Shown here: positions 1 to 13,400 of the stretch, piece after piece
Numbering within the stretch: position 1 is the stretch's first letter
Layout of the letters: the number at the start of each line of letters is the position of its first letter
Assembly: GCF_018977255.1 (NCBI RefSeq)
Contig: NW_024704743.1
Location: 49,168,001 to 49,232,000 of the forward strand
Length of the DNA: 64,000 nt
DNA from: Callorhinchus milii
Taxonomy: Eukaryota
Direction of reading: 5' to 3'
The notes under the pieces: model-generated
What the model saw: the letters and a program-made list of their open reading frames with translations, nothing else
Database searches by the model: none
Told to the model about the DNA's origin: nothing
Made by a program: the position numbers and the translations under genes

Positions 1-261
1 TGCGCAATTGGCTGCCGCGTTCGCCCACAAGTATACAGTCAATTCACTTTACAGTGTGTTCTGTGAAGCGCTTTGGGACGTCCTCCCGACGTGAAAAGCG
101 CTATATCAAATGCAAGGATTATTATGTTACTGCCAATCATCTATGTGGCCAGGAAAGGCAAAGAGATTGAGGCAGTGAGTTCCACACCAATTTTTCCAAT
201 ACCTTCTTTGCCAGTCTCCACAGTTCTGCCACCCACAAAATGCAACTGGATCTAAAAGTCC

Positions 262-560
262 ATTGCCCATATTTTCACCCATATCAAACTCTGCACCCCC
301 ATCATGCCAGTCCTTACCAGACTAGACTGGCTCCCTATTGCAAAATGGATCAATTTCAAGATCCTCACTCTTACTTACAAATCTGCTCATACCCGAGACC
401 ATCCCTACCTCTCCAACCTGCTTACACCCCACTCCACTACCTGCCCCTTCGCTCAGCTGGCTCCAGCTTCCGCCTTGTACCTCGATCCCTCTGCTCCACC
501 ATTGACGGCCTTGTTTCCAGCTGTTAGACACCGAAAATTTGGAACTGGCTGCCTGAATCT
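262..560 (+). mobile_element. Old L2 3' fragment
   Basis: PVLTRLDWLPIAKWINFKILTLTYK. Confidence 0.75.
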
Positions 561-1349
561 CTTTGCCTTTCCTGGCTACATAGATGATTGGCATCATCCC
601 AGTACCTGCTAATACTAAGCATAGACTTAGGTTAACATCATCCAAACTAGGCCTCAATATTGACATTAAAACATTTCTTGCCCCTAATGAGTTCAGAAAA
701 CATCCTTGATACCATTTTGTACAGGTGTTTATTATTATTATTCTGCCAAGGGTCCATCACTAGAACCTGACTTCTTTAATTCGCAAGATTATAAAAGAGG
801 ATGAGATAGATATGACCATTCATCCCTTTCCATCTCATCTTTCCAGAATATCAACTTTCCTGTCTTCCCAATACAATATCAAGCTATCAATCTGTATATT
901 AAATGAATTACTGCACTCCTGCCTTGACATATCTAAAAAAAAAAGTCCTGATTATTTTTGCAATCCCATTTAACATCATATATCACTATCCTATCCCCTC
1001 TGAGACATCTCTTTTCAAAGCTGAAAAAGCTAATTTAGCCAATTCTCATAGCTTATTGAATCATCTTCTGGCTGTCTCAGTAGTCTGGTTCCAGTCAGGT
1101 ATAGGTGCTCAGTACACCAGGGTACTCCTAATAACACACCAGCTGGCTTGCTGATTAAGTGGACTCGGTAGAGCAGAGCAATCATTGAGGGCAGAGATTC
1201 TTCCCAGTCAGCTCCCGTTATCGCTGCATGCCAAAGTTCAAATGGGTAAGGTGGTCCTCGTAAGACAAGTAATGGGAAGCTTGCAGTGTAAGTACTGGCT
1301 AGTTGCAAAGCTTAAGATGGTTAAACTCCATTAGTGGCCACTTCAAGGT

Positions 1350-1698
1350 GGAGTCCCATCTTATAGGGGTTAGGGCGCTTGCCTCACAAGCAAGAGGACC
1401 TGGGTTTGATTCCTGGACAGAGTGAAATCTTAGGCAAGTTTCCTTACTCCACGTGCCTCTGTTTACCTAACAGTAAGTAGGAACCAGGTTGATATTCGAT
1501 TGGCAGATCGCTTTCTGGGGTAATAATCCCTCCAAAAAAATGTTTTCACTCAATCCACAACTGTTTGTGGGACACTGCTGTGCACAATTGGCTGCTGTGT
1601 TTCACCCACAAAATACACAGTCAATCCACTTTACGATATATTCTGTGATGTCTCAATGATATGATAAGGTGCTATATCAAATGCAAGGATTATTATCA
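1350..1698 (+). mobile_element. tRNA-derived SINE, same family as 49974
   Basis: ggagtcc head, ggcaagtttccttactccac, shared tail. Confidence 0.85.
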
Positions 1699-2659
1699 TT
1701 ACTCCAAAATCTCCACCTTGGCTTTTACCAACCTGCAAATAAATTCTCTGAGAATGAATCTCTACAGGGACAGGTTCATACACTGCACATCAAGGAAACA
1801 GAAGCCTAACACACACATAGTTTGATTTGGAGACTCTTAAACTTGGTGAAATGTTTCTGCATGTGTCAGACACCCTGCTGACTAAACAAATCTTCATCCC
1901 TGTAAAATTGGGAACTAGCCTGGTTGCTCCTCTCTGCACTGACCCTAGGGGAACTGAATTCAACTGATTTGGCATGAATCCCAGCATCCTGTTTCCCTCA
2001 CATTTCACCTTGTATTCTATCCATTCTGAAATAGATTTTTATTTCCTATGCAGTACATTGTAAGTATCTATATGGAAAATAACTTGTGAGTGATCAATCC
2101 AATTATGTAACTTGTCAAATACTTTTGTATGATCATGGCTACCTCCCCTAAGGCACAACATTTCATCCAGCCTTCACCCTAGGATCATTTTTCTTACAAT
2201 TTAAAATTAAAAAGAACTAAGTTGCAGCTTGGCTCAGATGATAGAACTCTTATGTGTAATTCAAGACCCACTTGGAGATTTTTAACACACAATTATGGGG
2301 TGATAGTACAGTGCAGAACTGTAGGGGGAGGGGGCTCATTGTTGAAGGTGCCATCCTTCAGATGAAACATTAAACCAAGGTCCTGTCTGCCTGTTCAGGT
2401 GGATGTTAAAGATCTCATGGTGTTATTCAAAAAGAGAAGGGAGTTTCTCCCTTGTCCTAGTTGCCAATCCTTCAGATAAAATTGGACATTCACTTCATGG
2501 GTGAATCATTGCTATGTGCAAATTGGCTACTATTATTATCTGTAAATGTAACAACTTTGTATTGAGTCGGCAAATACAGGTAATTTATTTATACCTGAAA
2601 GAGTAGGGGTTCCAGTGTAGATCTCTGAGACAATTATATTTGGGAGATTGTTATCTAGC

Positions 2660-3405
2660 ATTGCCCTTGGAGATGGATTGGGGAGGTAAGGAGAGGAGTA
2701 GTGATGGGGTCGAGGGAGTAGGTGGTCAGTTTCATGTGGGTTATACTGGTGGTGAAAGAGGAGGGGGAGACAGGCTTCGATAGTGCGGAGGGAGGGATAG
2801 GTAGGGGCCAGGATGTTAGGGGGAGATGGGGAGGGGATAGTAAAAGGAAGGTCAAGGCAGCTGAGCAGATCCCTTCGACTTTGGTTTCAATTAAATCCAG
2901 CATCTCCTTGCATTTGGTGTTGGAGGAAAGGATGGTCGAGGCTTGAGAGGGTGGGCAAGATTGTCTTGGAGTAGAACGACGATTTAGCAGAGGAGATGGT
3001 GGAGCAGTAAGTTTTGATAAGTTCCAGCCAGATCTCCTGATGGACTGTTAAATTAGATTTGAGCCAGGTGTATTCAGCGGCATGCACCTGAGCCTTGAGG
3101 GAACGGAAGTAGCTGGTGTACCAGGGTGACTTCCGTGAGTAGGAGACGGTTCGGAAAGTGAAGGGAGCAAGGGCATTGAGAGTGATGGAGAGTGAGCTGT
3201 GGAGGAGAGTGGCCGAGGAGGATAGGTCATTAAGGGAGGAAGCCCAGAGGGGGAGCAGTTCAGATGACTCCAAGGCAACGCAGAGGAAGGCGGAGAGATT
3301 TTTTTCCAGGGGCAGTAGGAGATGGAGTTGGATTGGGTGGCGGTGGGGAGAGGGATTGAGGAGTTAAGGGAGATGAAGTAATGGTCTGAGATGCAGTTAT
3401 CTAAT
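2660..3405 (-). mobile_element. L2 LINE fragment (endonuclease-RT linker)
   Basis: ISDHYFI..LAPFTFRTVSYSRKSPWYT..LKAQ..W.KS.LTVHQEIW, typical of L2 ORF2. Confidence 0.8.
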
Positions 3406-6400
3406 ATCTGTAATATTATATTCAAGGTGACAATGAGCGGAGAATGGGCAGAACACGCAATGAACACATTTGAAAAATGGCTAGTTTCAGGCATAAACAT
3501 GTAATCCATAACTACACAGTTCAATGGTTCTGTGCTCCTTAAAGTCAGAAATATGACAATAATAATTATAATATTACTTAATAAATTTGATATAGCACTT
3601 TATTATGTTGAAAATGTCTCAAAAGGCTTCATGAAGTTTATCTGTAAAGTGTAGTGACTGTATATTTGCAAACAAAGCTCTGAATTAAGGTGTCATTTCA
3701 ACACTTTGGGTAGATAAAATGTCAACACTTTGGCTCGATAAAACATATATTTGCACTATAAAATTTATTTGAATGGAGGGAGAACTATAATGAACAGGCA
3801 GTGAAAAACACAAAAGCAATATCCTTTACTGTATTTTGTATAAACTACATATTATTTTGTACGAATACATTATTATGAATGTAAGCGGTATGGGGGTAAG
3901 GCAGGGCAGCATGATTTATATACCAGTGTTGTTGTATTCTAACTTCCAACACCTGCAAGTATAGTAAGTGAAGGACAAAGGAAGGAGAACTGAACTGACC
4001 CTCTCCTGAAATTGAGTTTCTGTAAATTCTGCACACTTAGGCAATCTTATTAAGTGAATGCATCATTTATTTTATTGCACTAATTTGAATGAATTGTATG
4101 AGTAATATTGAAATGAGCTGGATGACTAAGCTGATGGCTTAATATTTCAAATACAATTTTTGCAATCTTATTTCAATTTAGTTAATTTAAATTCAGACTC
4201 AATGTTTTCCATTTCATGCCATTAACTTTCACCCTAAATTGTTCTATTCATAGCTGATTTATATCTAAAAATTCTGCAAATGCCAATAATCCTCTACAGT
4301 AATTTTGATTTTGAAATTAACAACAAATATTTGGGTTGCTGCAGTCATGTATATAATAATAATATTTATAATTATAATAATAATCATCATCTCCTTGGAT
4401 TTGATTTAGCGCCTTATTGGGTCATTATATAATAATAATGCAAGGATTATTATTATATTGAGACATCTCAAAGCACTTCACAGAATATATTGTAAAGCAA
4501 ATTGACTATATATTTTTGTGGGCAAAACACGGCAGCCAATTGTGCGCAGTCGTCTCCCACAAACAGTCATGGATTGAGTGACCAATTTATTTTTTTGTTT
4601 TTGAAGGGATTATTATCCCCAGAAAGCGACCCGCCGATCGACTAACAACCGGGTTTCTACTTACTTTGTGTCATCTGTAAACACATCTGTACAGGGGGAT
4701 TACTGGTGCTTTTAATTCTGGGGGAGTCAGCCGTGTGACTGACTCATGTGGAAACTCATCACCATGCTTAAGATTATCCAAACCAAACTCAGAGTTTCAC
4801 CTACACATGAAAATTCCAGGGATAAATATTGGAATGGAATGCCTGGAGAATGCCTCTCTCCCTGGAGGGATACATCAAGCTTACCTACTTTTAGAAAGTA
4901 TTAGGAGCAGGTTGGTAAGTACATATAGAACAATAGTCGAGTCAATACCTTCAGGAGAGGAGGTGAGAAAGTTGATGGACAAAAAANCAGTTGAAAAATA
5001 AAGATCATTAGTGTTGGAGAGCGTTAAATGTAGCGCAGCAAAGATTATTCCAAAATAATGCCAAGTTCTGAGAGGCTAACACTAGAAAATATTTCTTCAT
5101 TCAGAGATTACCAACTGGAACCGATTAACAGGAAAGTTGGGTCATTTAAGAAATAGCTTGATGCTGAAATGGGAGGTTGGGTTGGGTGAGTATTGTGGGA
5201 GGATAAGATTATATGGACCAAATGGCCTTCGTCCAAACCTCTTGTGATCTTGTGAGTTATCAGAGGTAGTTCACCTATGAGTATTTGTAGATAATCTGTA
5301 CACAATCAAAACAATTGTAGAAACGAGCAAAACACGTTAAAAAAAAGTATGACGTTAGTTCTGTTTGGCCTGCAGTCAAGCCTAATACTGAATAATATAT
5401 GATCTTTGATTCAGTCTAAATATTTCATTGGTGCATGGATTTTTGTACATCTAATGAGCTCATAAATGTTTGATCATTGTTGCTTTGCGCAGTACTACCA
5501 CATCCAATATTTGTCTGCTCACATCCTTACCTGCTCTAAACTTCACTTGCCCATCACCAGGATCCACTGTCTCCTTGTCTCCCAGCGGATTAACTTCAAA
5601 AGCCTCACTTTTTTCAGGCCATTGTTTATGGCTTAAAAATTGGCAGAATACCTACCTCTTTGACTGTGCCTCCCGTTCTTCCTCCTCCACCTTTCTCTCA
5701 GGCCCTCGCCCAGCTCATTATCTTGAGCCATCTCAATCAAGAGTTTCCGGACATGTTCTTGTGTTCTTACATAGAAAGCACCATATAAATCCAACTTACT
5801 GCTGTTGTGCTGGCGTTCCCTCAAGGACTGACAAAATGCTCATCGAGTAAATTTAGGGATCAGAATTGTTGAAATCTCTTTCTAAATAGTTTTTTTTGAG
5901 ATGTTAAAGATCTTTTATCGAACCAATTATGATAATTCTAGTGCAAAACTTGATTCAGTCACATGTATGCAGTATTTTCTTTTACTACTACTACCAGCAG
6001 TTCGAAACCCTCACCCTGTTGTTCGTTTTTCCCTGAAAGCTCACTGTAAACTCACTGTAAGCTGCAATGGAGGCTGCATCTGCTGCAGTGCAAACAACAG
6101 CAATATCTTTTTTAAATTTATAAGCCCACACTGTTATCACTCACCGAGAACTGTGTGGCTCCATGTTAAAAATAGCTGCCCAAGGGTGCAAAACTTCTTG
6201 GAGCTACTTGATGCTGCAAAGGTAAAACTATCCCGGTTGTGACAAGTCAGTCAATTATACCTCTTTCAGAGCTTAGACTGAGCTAATTCTTGTATCCCAG
6301 CAAAGTATAAGAGGAAAGAATTTCACTATTTTATCAACAACAGTAACTTGTTATTTATATAGCGCCCCTCACGCAGGGGAGAGTCTCAGAGCGCTTAACA

Positions 6401-7967
6401 GTGACAGAGCACAAAGCCAATCCAAGGGAATGGGGAAGCTGACCATAGGCATGGTCGAAGAAGTAGGTCTTCAGATGCAAACAAGATGAGGAAGAAGGGG
6501 GGTAAGGCGGAGAGATAGAGGAAGAATGTTCCAGAGTATAACCAGTATAATGGCTTGATAAAACTTCCATTTAGTATTGTGCCTTTCATGTCGAGAGGAC
6601 GACGCAACTTGCTTCACAAGATTTATTGTGAAGTGACTGTATACTTGTCTGCGAACGCATCAGCCCAGTTATGCACAGCAATATCCCACAAACGGCTATG
6701 GATTGTGTGACCAATTTTGTTTGGGTCAGGACAGTGGGAGAAATTCCCTTTTCATTTTGACTAGGGCCATGGGATCTTTAACATCCACCTGAACAGGCAA
6801 GAAGTTGGTTTAACGTGTCGCCTGAAGGACGGCACCTCAGACAATGCAGCACATCCCCAGTTTAAACTACGTGAAGCCTTGAATCAAAGGTGAGAGTGCT
6901 ACAACTAACCCAGGCTGACACATGATTTACAACAAAGCCCAGCAACCTTGAATAGACCTCACCTTGTGGAAAAGGCCCTGCCTGAGCTGGATTCAAAGTG
7001 ATGTCATCCATGTGCTGAGTCTCCGTGAATTATTGCTCTCACAGAATACAGATTGGCTCCGCTTTCATTTCAAAGCTGCTGTTAATTCCTTGACACAATA
7101 TTAGGCAGTGCTAAAGGGGGAGGATATTTTCTGCTTGCCAGTAAATGCATTGACCTTTTAAAAGTATGCTTATAATATTTCTCATTATAGTTTGCAGCGC
7201 CAAACATCAATGAATTTGCTGATCAGAGAACAATATGTACTCGCTGTTTACTGGAGATTGGTAGCACTCTCACACCTCAGTCTACTGTATAAATAGGATT
7301 CTGAAAGTTTGACTGTCTGATAAACTTGACAGAAACTAAACAGACTTGCTTAAGGTATGTCTATTTTGGACTTGTGTTAGAATTTTCCTCTGGACTCCTC
7401 TAGAAATGCATGATAGTGGGGTGATGGGGAGAGAGGGAATTCTATCTGTGCTGTGTTCAAGTTCTTCAGACTTTGTTCGAGTAACTGTGTTCCAAATATT
7501 AATTCTGATGATTTTTGATCGAGGCCAAACAATTCATTGAAAAGGCAGAGGAGAACCTGTCAAGACAGGTTCTGTCTGTCACAAAACTATGACTGGTTAG
7601 TGTTTAATAGAGAATGTGGTTAAGTAGTGTTTGTTCCAGATTAGCTACTGTAGGGTGGATGTTTTGTTTTCTTCTGCAGCCTAGTAACCCACAAAAGTCC
7701 CTCTGAATGATTCATAAGAAAGTAGATTGGCTGAACACATTATTGTGTGTTGGACCTCAGCAAGAGTATTAGAGAAGCACAAATGACGAAGGCGAGAAGG
7801 AACAGTGGGCTGAGTGGTGTAAGCGTTTCGGAATTGAAATAATAACTGAGTGAAAAATAGTGCCTTATCCCAAAGCATTTGTAAGTGAAATCAGCAAGTT
7901 TACAAGAGATTGAAAGAGTCTGAGACAGGTTGAGAGAGAGAGAGAGGTTGAGATAGATAGTTTCAGA

Positions 7968-8277
7968 TAATAATAATCCTTGCATTTGATATAGCACTTT
8001 TCACGTCTTCTAGATGTCTCAAAACGCTTCACAGAATAGACTGTAAAGTGAATTGACTGTATATTTGTGGGTGAAACTTGGCAGCCAATTGTGCACAGCA
8101 GAGTATCACAAATAGTCATGGATTGAAGTGACCAATTTATTATTTTTTTTCCTCGAGGGATTATTATCAGGTGTGTGGAGAAAGGAAACTTGCCCAAGAT
8201 TTCACCCTACCAGGAATCAAACCCAGGTCTCTCGGTTGTGAAGCGAGTGCTCTAACCAATGAGTTGCAGGATTCCCC
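7968..8277 (-). mobile_element. tRNA-derived SINE, same family as 49974
   Basis: Reverse complement of head, body and (TTA)n tail. Confidence 0.85.
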
Positions 8278-8811
8278 AAAGAAATAAAGTTCGAGATGGA
8301 TGCCTTTTTTCCTCATTTATAATATTTTTCCTTTTCCGTTTATCTAATTTCAGTTTATCTGATTTAAATGCAATTAAGGATTTTATTTTAAACATTGTTT
8401 TTGGTAGAATTGTTCATAATCCTTTTTTTTTAAAAAAAATTCTACTCACCTCTCCATTTTATTTTGTAGCAACTCCCAGTTTATTTCACAAATTACTAGT
8501 GTAGTGATTTCTGGTTTATGAATACCACCTAAACTCCCTAAGCCCTGACCCTCTATGTCTAATACCCACTGATGGATTCTTTCCCATTATGAGAGACCCA
8601 AAGCTCACTGGCATTAGAAAGCAGCAAGCATTCAGTGTGAGGAAGTTATAATATATAGAGGAAGTTGAAACCATTTGACTTTGAGGTTCTTACATTGTCA
8701 CTTTAGTTGTGCATGTTGATGAATTCATGGATGTAATATTTTCACTGACATTCACCATTTTTAAACATTTCTATTTCTTTATAATAGCTTTTCTATTTTA
8801 GTCTATATAAT

Positions 8812-9553
8812 AGCCAGTCAGGAACCTCGGTGTCTTGTTTGATCCTGAACTGTCCATTCTCCCCCACATCCGTGCCATGACCAGCACTGCCTACCACCAC
8901 CTCCGCAACATTGCCAGACTCCGCCACTGCCTCACCCCTCAGGCTGCCGAAACCCTCACCCACGCGTTCGTCACATCAATGCTCAATTATGGAAATTCCC
9001 TCCTCATGGGCCTTCCCAACTCTTCCCTTCACAAGCTGCAGATCATCCAAAACTCTGTAGCTCGTGTACTCTCACGCACCAGACACCATGACCCCATCAC
9101 TCCCACCCTCGCCCGACTCCACTGGCTCCCCATCCCCCAGAGGATCAAATTCAAGATCCTCGTCCTCACTTTCAAGGCCATCCATGGCCTGGCCCCCTCC
9201 TACCTCTCTGACTTGCTGACTCCCTACCAACCCACCCACTCCCTCCATTCAGTGGGCTCCGGCCTACTCCATGTCTCCTACCCTACCATGGCTGGGCTTT
9301 CAGCCTCTCTGCCCCCACACTCTGGAACTCCATCCCACAGTCCCTTCGCCTCGCGTCCTCCCTTACCTCCTTGAAGGCCGGTCTCAAGACCCTCTTCTTC
9401 GATTGTGCCTTCAGCCGCCCTCCCACCTCTCTGCCTTCCCTCACCCCTACACCACCCCTCTCCCATGCTCTGGTCCTGACTCCTGACTGTCCAGCGCCTT
9501 GGGACATCCTCCTGACGTGAAAGGCTCTCTATAAATGTAATTTTGTTGTTGTT
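8812..9553 (+). mobile_element. L2 LINE 3' fragment
   Basis: [26 protein letters not shown]; tail gacgtgaaaggc..ataaatg..(TTG)n. Confidence 0.9.
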
Positions 9554-10261
9554 AGAGTACTGATAGTGAGATCCCATCTTAACCATTTCCGTTTCTGATG
9601 TTTTTACAATGGCGTTTTATTCTGGACAGAATGTCACAGTCAGTTACATTTGGGAAAAAGTTCCAGTTAGCATCAGAATTTGGAAAATTGTTGGATTGAG
9701 TTCATTTTTAACTCTTCCCTCAAAAGCTGCAGACTCCAGGACTGAGCAACTCATGTCCTCTCCTGCACTTGGCTCTGAGAGCCTATCATCCCTATCCTCG
9801 CCCAGCTCCACTGGTTTCCCCCATCCCCCAATGGATTGAGTTCAGTTGAGCTCTCAGCCATTCTGGAGTCCCTCCACCTTGCCCCTTCTCTCACCTCATT
9901 CAAGTCCACCTCAAGACCTTCCTCTTTAAACACCTTTGGTTATCATCCCCTCCCCCACCTCCTTGGCCCTCACCTCTTCTGATGCGGCTGATGCGTTCGC
10001 AGACAAGTATACAGTCACTTCACAATAAATCTTGTGAAGCAAGTGGGGACGTCCGCTCGACGTGAAAGGCACTATGCTAAATGCAAATGTTACTATTATT
10101 AATGCATGTTAAGGCACAGTATCTGGTCCAAACCTTCAACTGTCCAGTGCCTTTGGAAATCCACTATATAAATGCAATTTGTTGTTGTCCATGTTGAAAT
10201 AAATGTAGCTCTTCGGCAATTTGTGATACATTGTACAGATCACTTCTTTTCTTTACCACAG

Positions 10262-10441
10262 GTTCGATGAATATCGATCGAATACCACAAGGAAGCCCAG
10301 GGTGCCCTGGGGAACTGAGAAGGAATATGGTGGCATTAAAAACGTTTCACTACCAGAAGAATTAAGACCAAGGACTGAGCCTCCCATTAGGATGGCAAAA
10401 GGACACCAGCACTACAGCTTTGCTGGAGACAAGCTTCCTGG
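10262..10441 (+). CDS. SPMIP4: SPMIP4/C7orf31 coding exon (single copy), [24 protein letters not shown]...[15 protein letters not shown]
   Basis: Acceptor ttctttaccacag|, donor |gtttgt; phase 2 at both ends; strong similarity to human RLPWGAEREYGG..LPEDHRPKCEPP..KGHQHYGFGG. Confidence 0.9.
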
Positions 10442-13400
10442 GTTTGTTGATGATTTGATTCCACTGTTACAGCTGGCTAGATATTTTTTCTTGATTTATT
10501 GATTTGCAGTAGTCAAGCAGATGTCAAGATATTTTCAAAGTCAGTAGGTGAACAATGACTTGACTGCACAGATTTATACCATCAAATGGTCAATGTGTGC
10601 CTCAAACATGGACAAGTTGAACTAATCTTGTCTGAGTTTTATGTACTGTATTTAGTACTTCTGGTCTGCCATGGCCAGTAAAAGCTGAGACTATGTCATG
10701 CAGTGTGTTGCATGGAGCAAATAATGTAATACAAACACACTTATTGGGTATGTTTTACATGGGTGAGTGTTGTGAATGTTTACAGAGTTTTCATGAAAGG
10801 TCAAATTATTTCAGTCTTGTATGAGCAAAATATACATGATTTACAATTTTAGCTGAATCTCAAGATTCATCCTTTCAAGGTAACACTTTGTACCATTTAA
10901 TGCAAAACAATGTGATCCATGTACATTACAAGTGAGGTGTACATTCCACCTCACTGAGCCGGTCCGGAACCTTTGCATCGTGTTTAATCCTCAACTGGCC
11001 TTTGTACCCCCACATCCATGCCATGACCCGCTCTGCCTTTCCCCAACTCCACAAAATTGCCCGAATCTGCCACTGCCTCAGCCCTCAGGCTGCCGAAACC
11101 CTCCTACATGCCTTCATTACAACCAGGCTTGACTATGCCAACGTCAATGCCCTGCTTGTCAGCCTTCTCAACTCTTCCCTCTATAAGTTGCACATCATCC
11201 AGAACTTTGCAGCTTGTGTCCTCTCCCGCACCAGACTCTGTGAACCTATCACCCTCGCCCGACTCCACTGGCTCCCCATCCCCCAGAGGATCGAGTTCAA
11301 AATTCTCGTCCTCGCCTTCAAAGCCCTAGACAGCCTTGCCCCTCCTACCTCTGTGACTTGCTGACCCCGCAAGTAAACTGCCTCTGCTCGACTGGCTCCG
11401 GTCTTCTGCTTGTCCCTCGTGCCCTCCGTTCCACCATTGATGACCGCGCTTTCAACTACTATGCCCGGAAACTCTGGAACAGTTTTCCTCTATTCCTCCT
11501 CCTTGCCCCTTCCTTCCCCATCTTCAGGCCGTGCCTGAAGACCTTCCCCTTCAACCGTGCCTACAGTCGCCTCTAACTATCCCCGGCTCGACGTCGTGCT
11601 CCGCCATTCTTGAGTGCTCGGGGTTGCTACTCTGCATAAGAGGAGCTATATAAATGCTTAAATTGTTGTTTGTTGCCCCTGTCCCAAATCAGCAGAGCAG
11701 TAAAATCTAGAGGACCATACCGTTTCCCCAGGGTTTCTTCTATTTCTTTGACCACACCTATAGTCATTACACTCTCCCCCTTCTTCCTTGTTCGAGGTCA
11801 AACCCTACCACTGTACAGAGCTTCAAGATGGTATACTATGTGAAAGGCACTCTATAAATGTAAATTATTTTGTTATTGTCAGGAGGATCCAATGTCATTG
11901 GCACGTCCTGCGCATGGTACAGATACACAGCACAGAGGAAGGAACATTGGTGATAACCTCACAACCCAGAAGTCAACCAATATTTAGAAAGGGAAACTGT
12001 CAGTGCAATAAGCTATGTGTGCCTGTGTTTAAAATGGAGTTCCCTTATATACTCTAGGATTTATTGAAAAATTACAGGTTGAATAACAAAAATAACTGCA
12101 GATTTATTTTTAGATATCTTAATTATAAAAGGCTAGAAACATCCTGAGTTTAAGTCAGAGAAAGAAAAATCTGTTGTTTTTATTAATTAAACATTATCAA
12201 GCCTGTTATCAAGTACAATTTCTTAAAATCCACATAATCATTTATTTTTACTCTTCCAGATTGACAAAAATAGGACTTACCTACGGGAAATAAAAAGGGG
12301 AAATATTTACATCATTTCATTTCTCCAATATTTTCCTGTAATACAAGGTGCTAAAGCAATTGCTCTCAAGTTACAAAAATAATTATTGCACCACTAAAAT
12401 AACTGATGAGCAGAAGCCCAGTGTATTTTGCTGCAGTGTTTAATTGTTTTTATTACCTTATGTTTTCTTGCAGTGATATTATCATATATCAACCTTATGA
12501 ACGCACCCAAATTAAGAAGAGTGATATCCGTTCTGAAGATCAATTGTAAGTTTTACGACTTCACATTGTGAAATACTTTTGAGAAACAAAATGTAAAATA
12601 GTTTTTCTAAGTTGGGTATTTTGTGTTTCAGACAAATAAAGCAACCTTCCATTTTAAGTCTGGTTCTTCCAGGCCACATATAGTATCATGTCAGCCTCTG
12701 AATCAAACTCTAAGGGTTCAAGCCCTATATCAGGTCTTCAAACTCACCATCTAGGCTGACACTTCAATGCAGTGCTGGGGGTGCTGCACTGTTGGAGGTT
12801 CTATGTTTTGGATAAGATGTTAAGCATCAGTGTCTGTTCAGGTGGACCTTAAAGATCCCATGGCACTATTCGGAATAAAGAAGGGAGTTTCTCCTGGTGC
12901 CCCGGCCAACCATCCCCCAAATACAATTGGTCATTCACTTCTGGCTGTTGATGAGACATTGCTGTGCGCAAATTGGCTGCAATGTGTACAAATACACATT
13001 CACTTTATGATAAATCCTGTGCGGCTTTGAGATGTGTTAACAATGTGAATGAGGAGTTACATCAAATGCAGGGATTAAAAGCAGGAATGTGATTCATGAT
13101 AAAGCCACCTGGATTCCACTCCAACACTGTGTTTTAATCACCACCTCAGAATAGCACCACTTCCTGCGTCTCATGACGTTTCCATTCCTCATACTAAATG
13201 AAATTTTAACTTATCCTGAATTGAACCGACCAAGTGTTGTAAAGATATTGAACACAACATTGTTGCTTCTTTTTAATTATTACGTGAATAGTGTTCAGTG
13301 TTTTTTTTTTGGTCAGCCAGGTGTCAGACGCACACGGAAACTCATCACCATGCTTAATATTATCCAAAACCAAATTGAGTGGCATGGAAATTCCTGTGTA

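Noticed and set aside
3845..4000. Strong minus-strand splice acceptor at 3952 (possible exon)
   Set aside because: No recognisable product, donor or partner exon; cannot be supported without transcripts.
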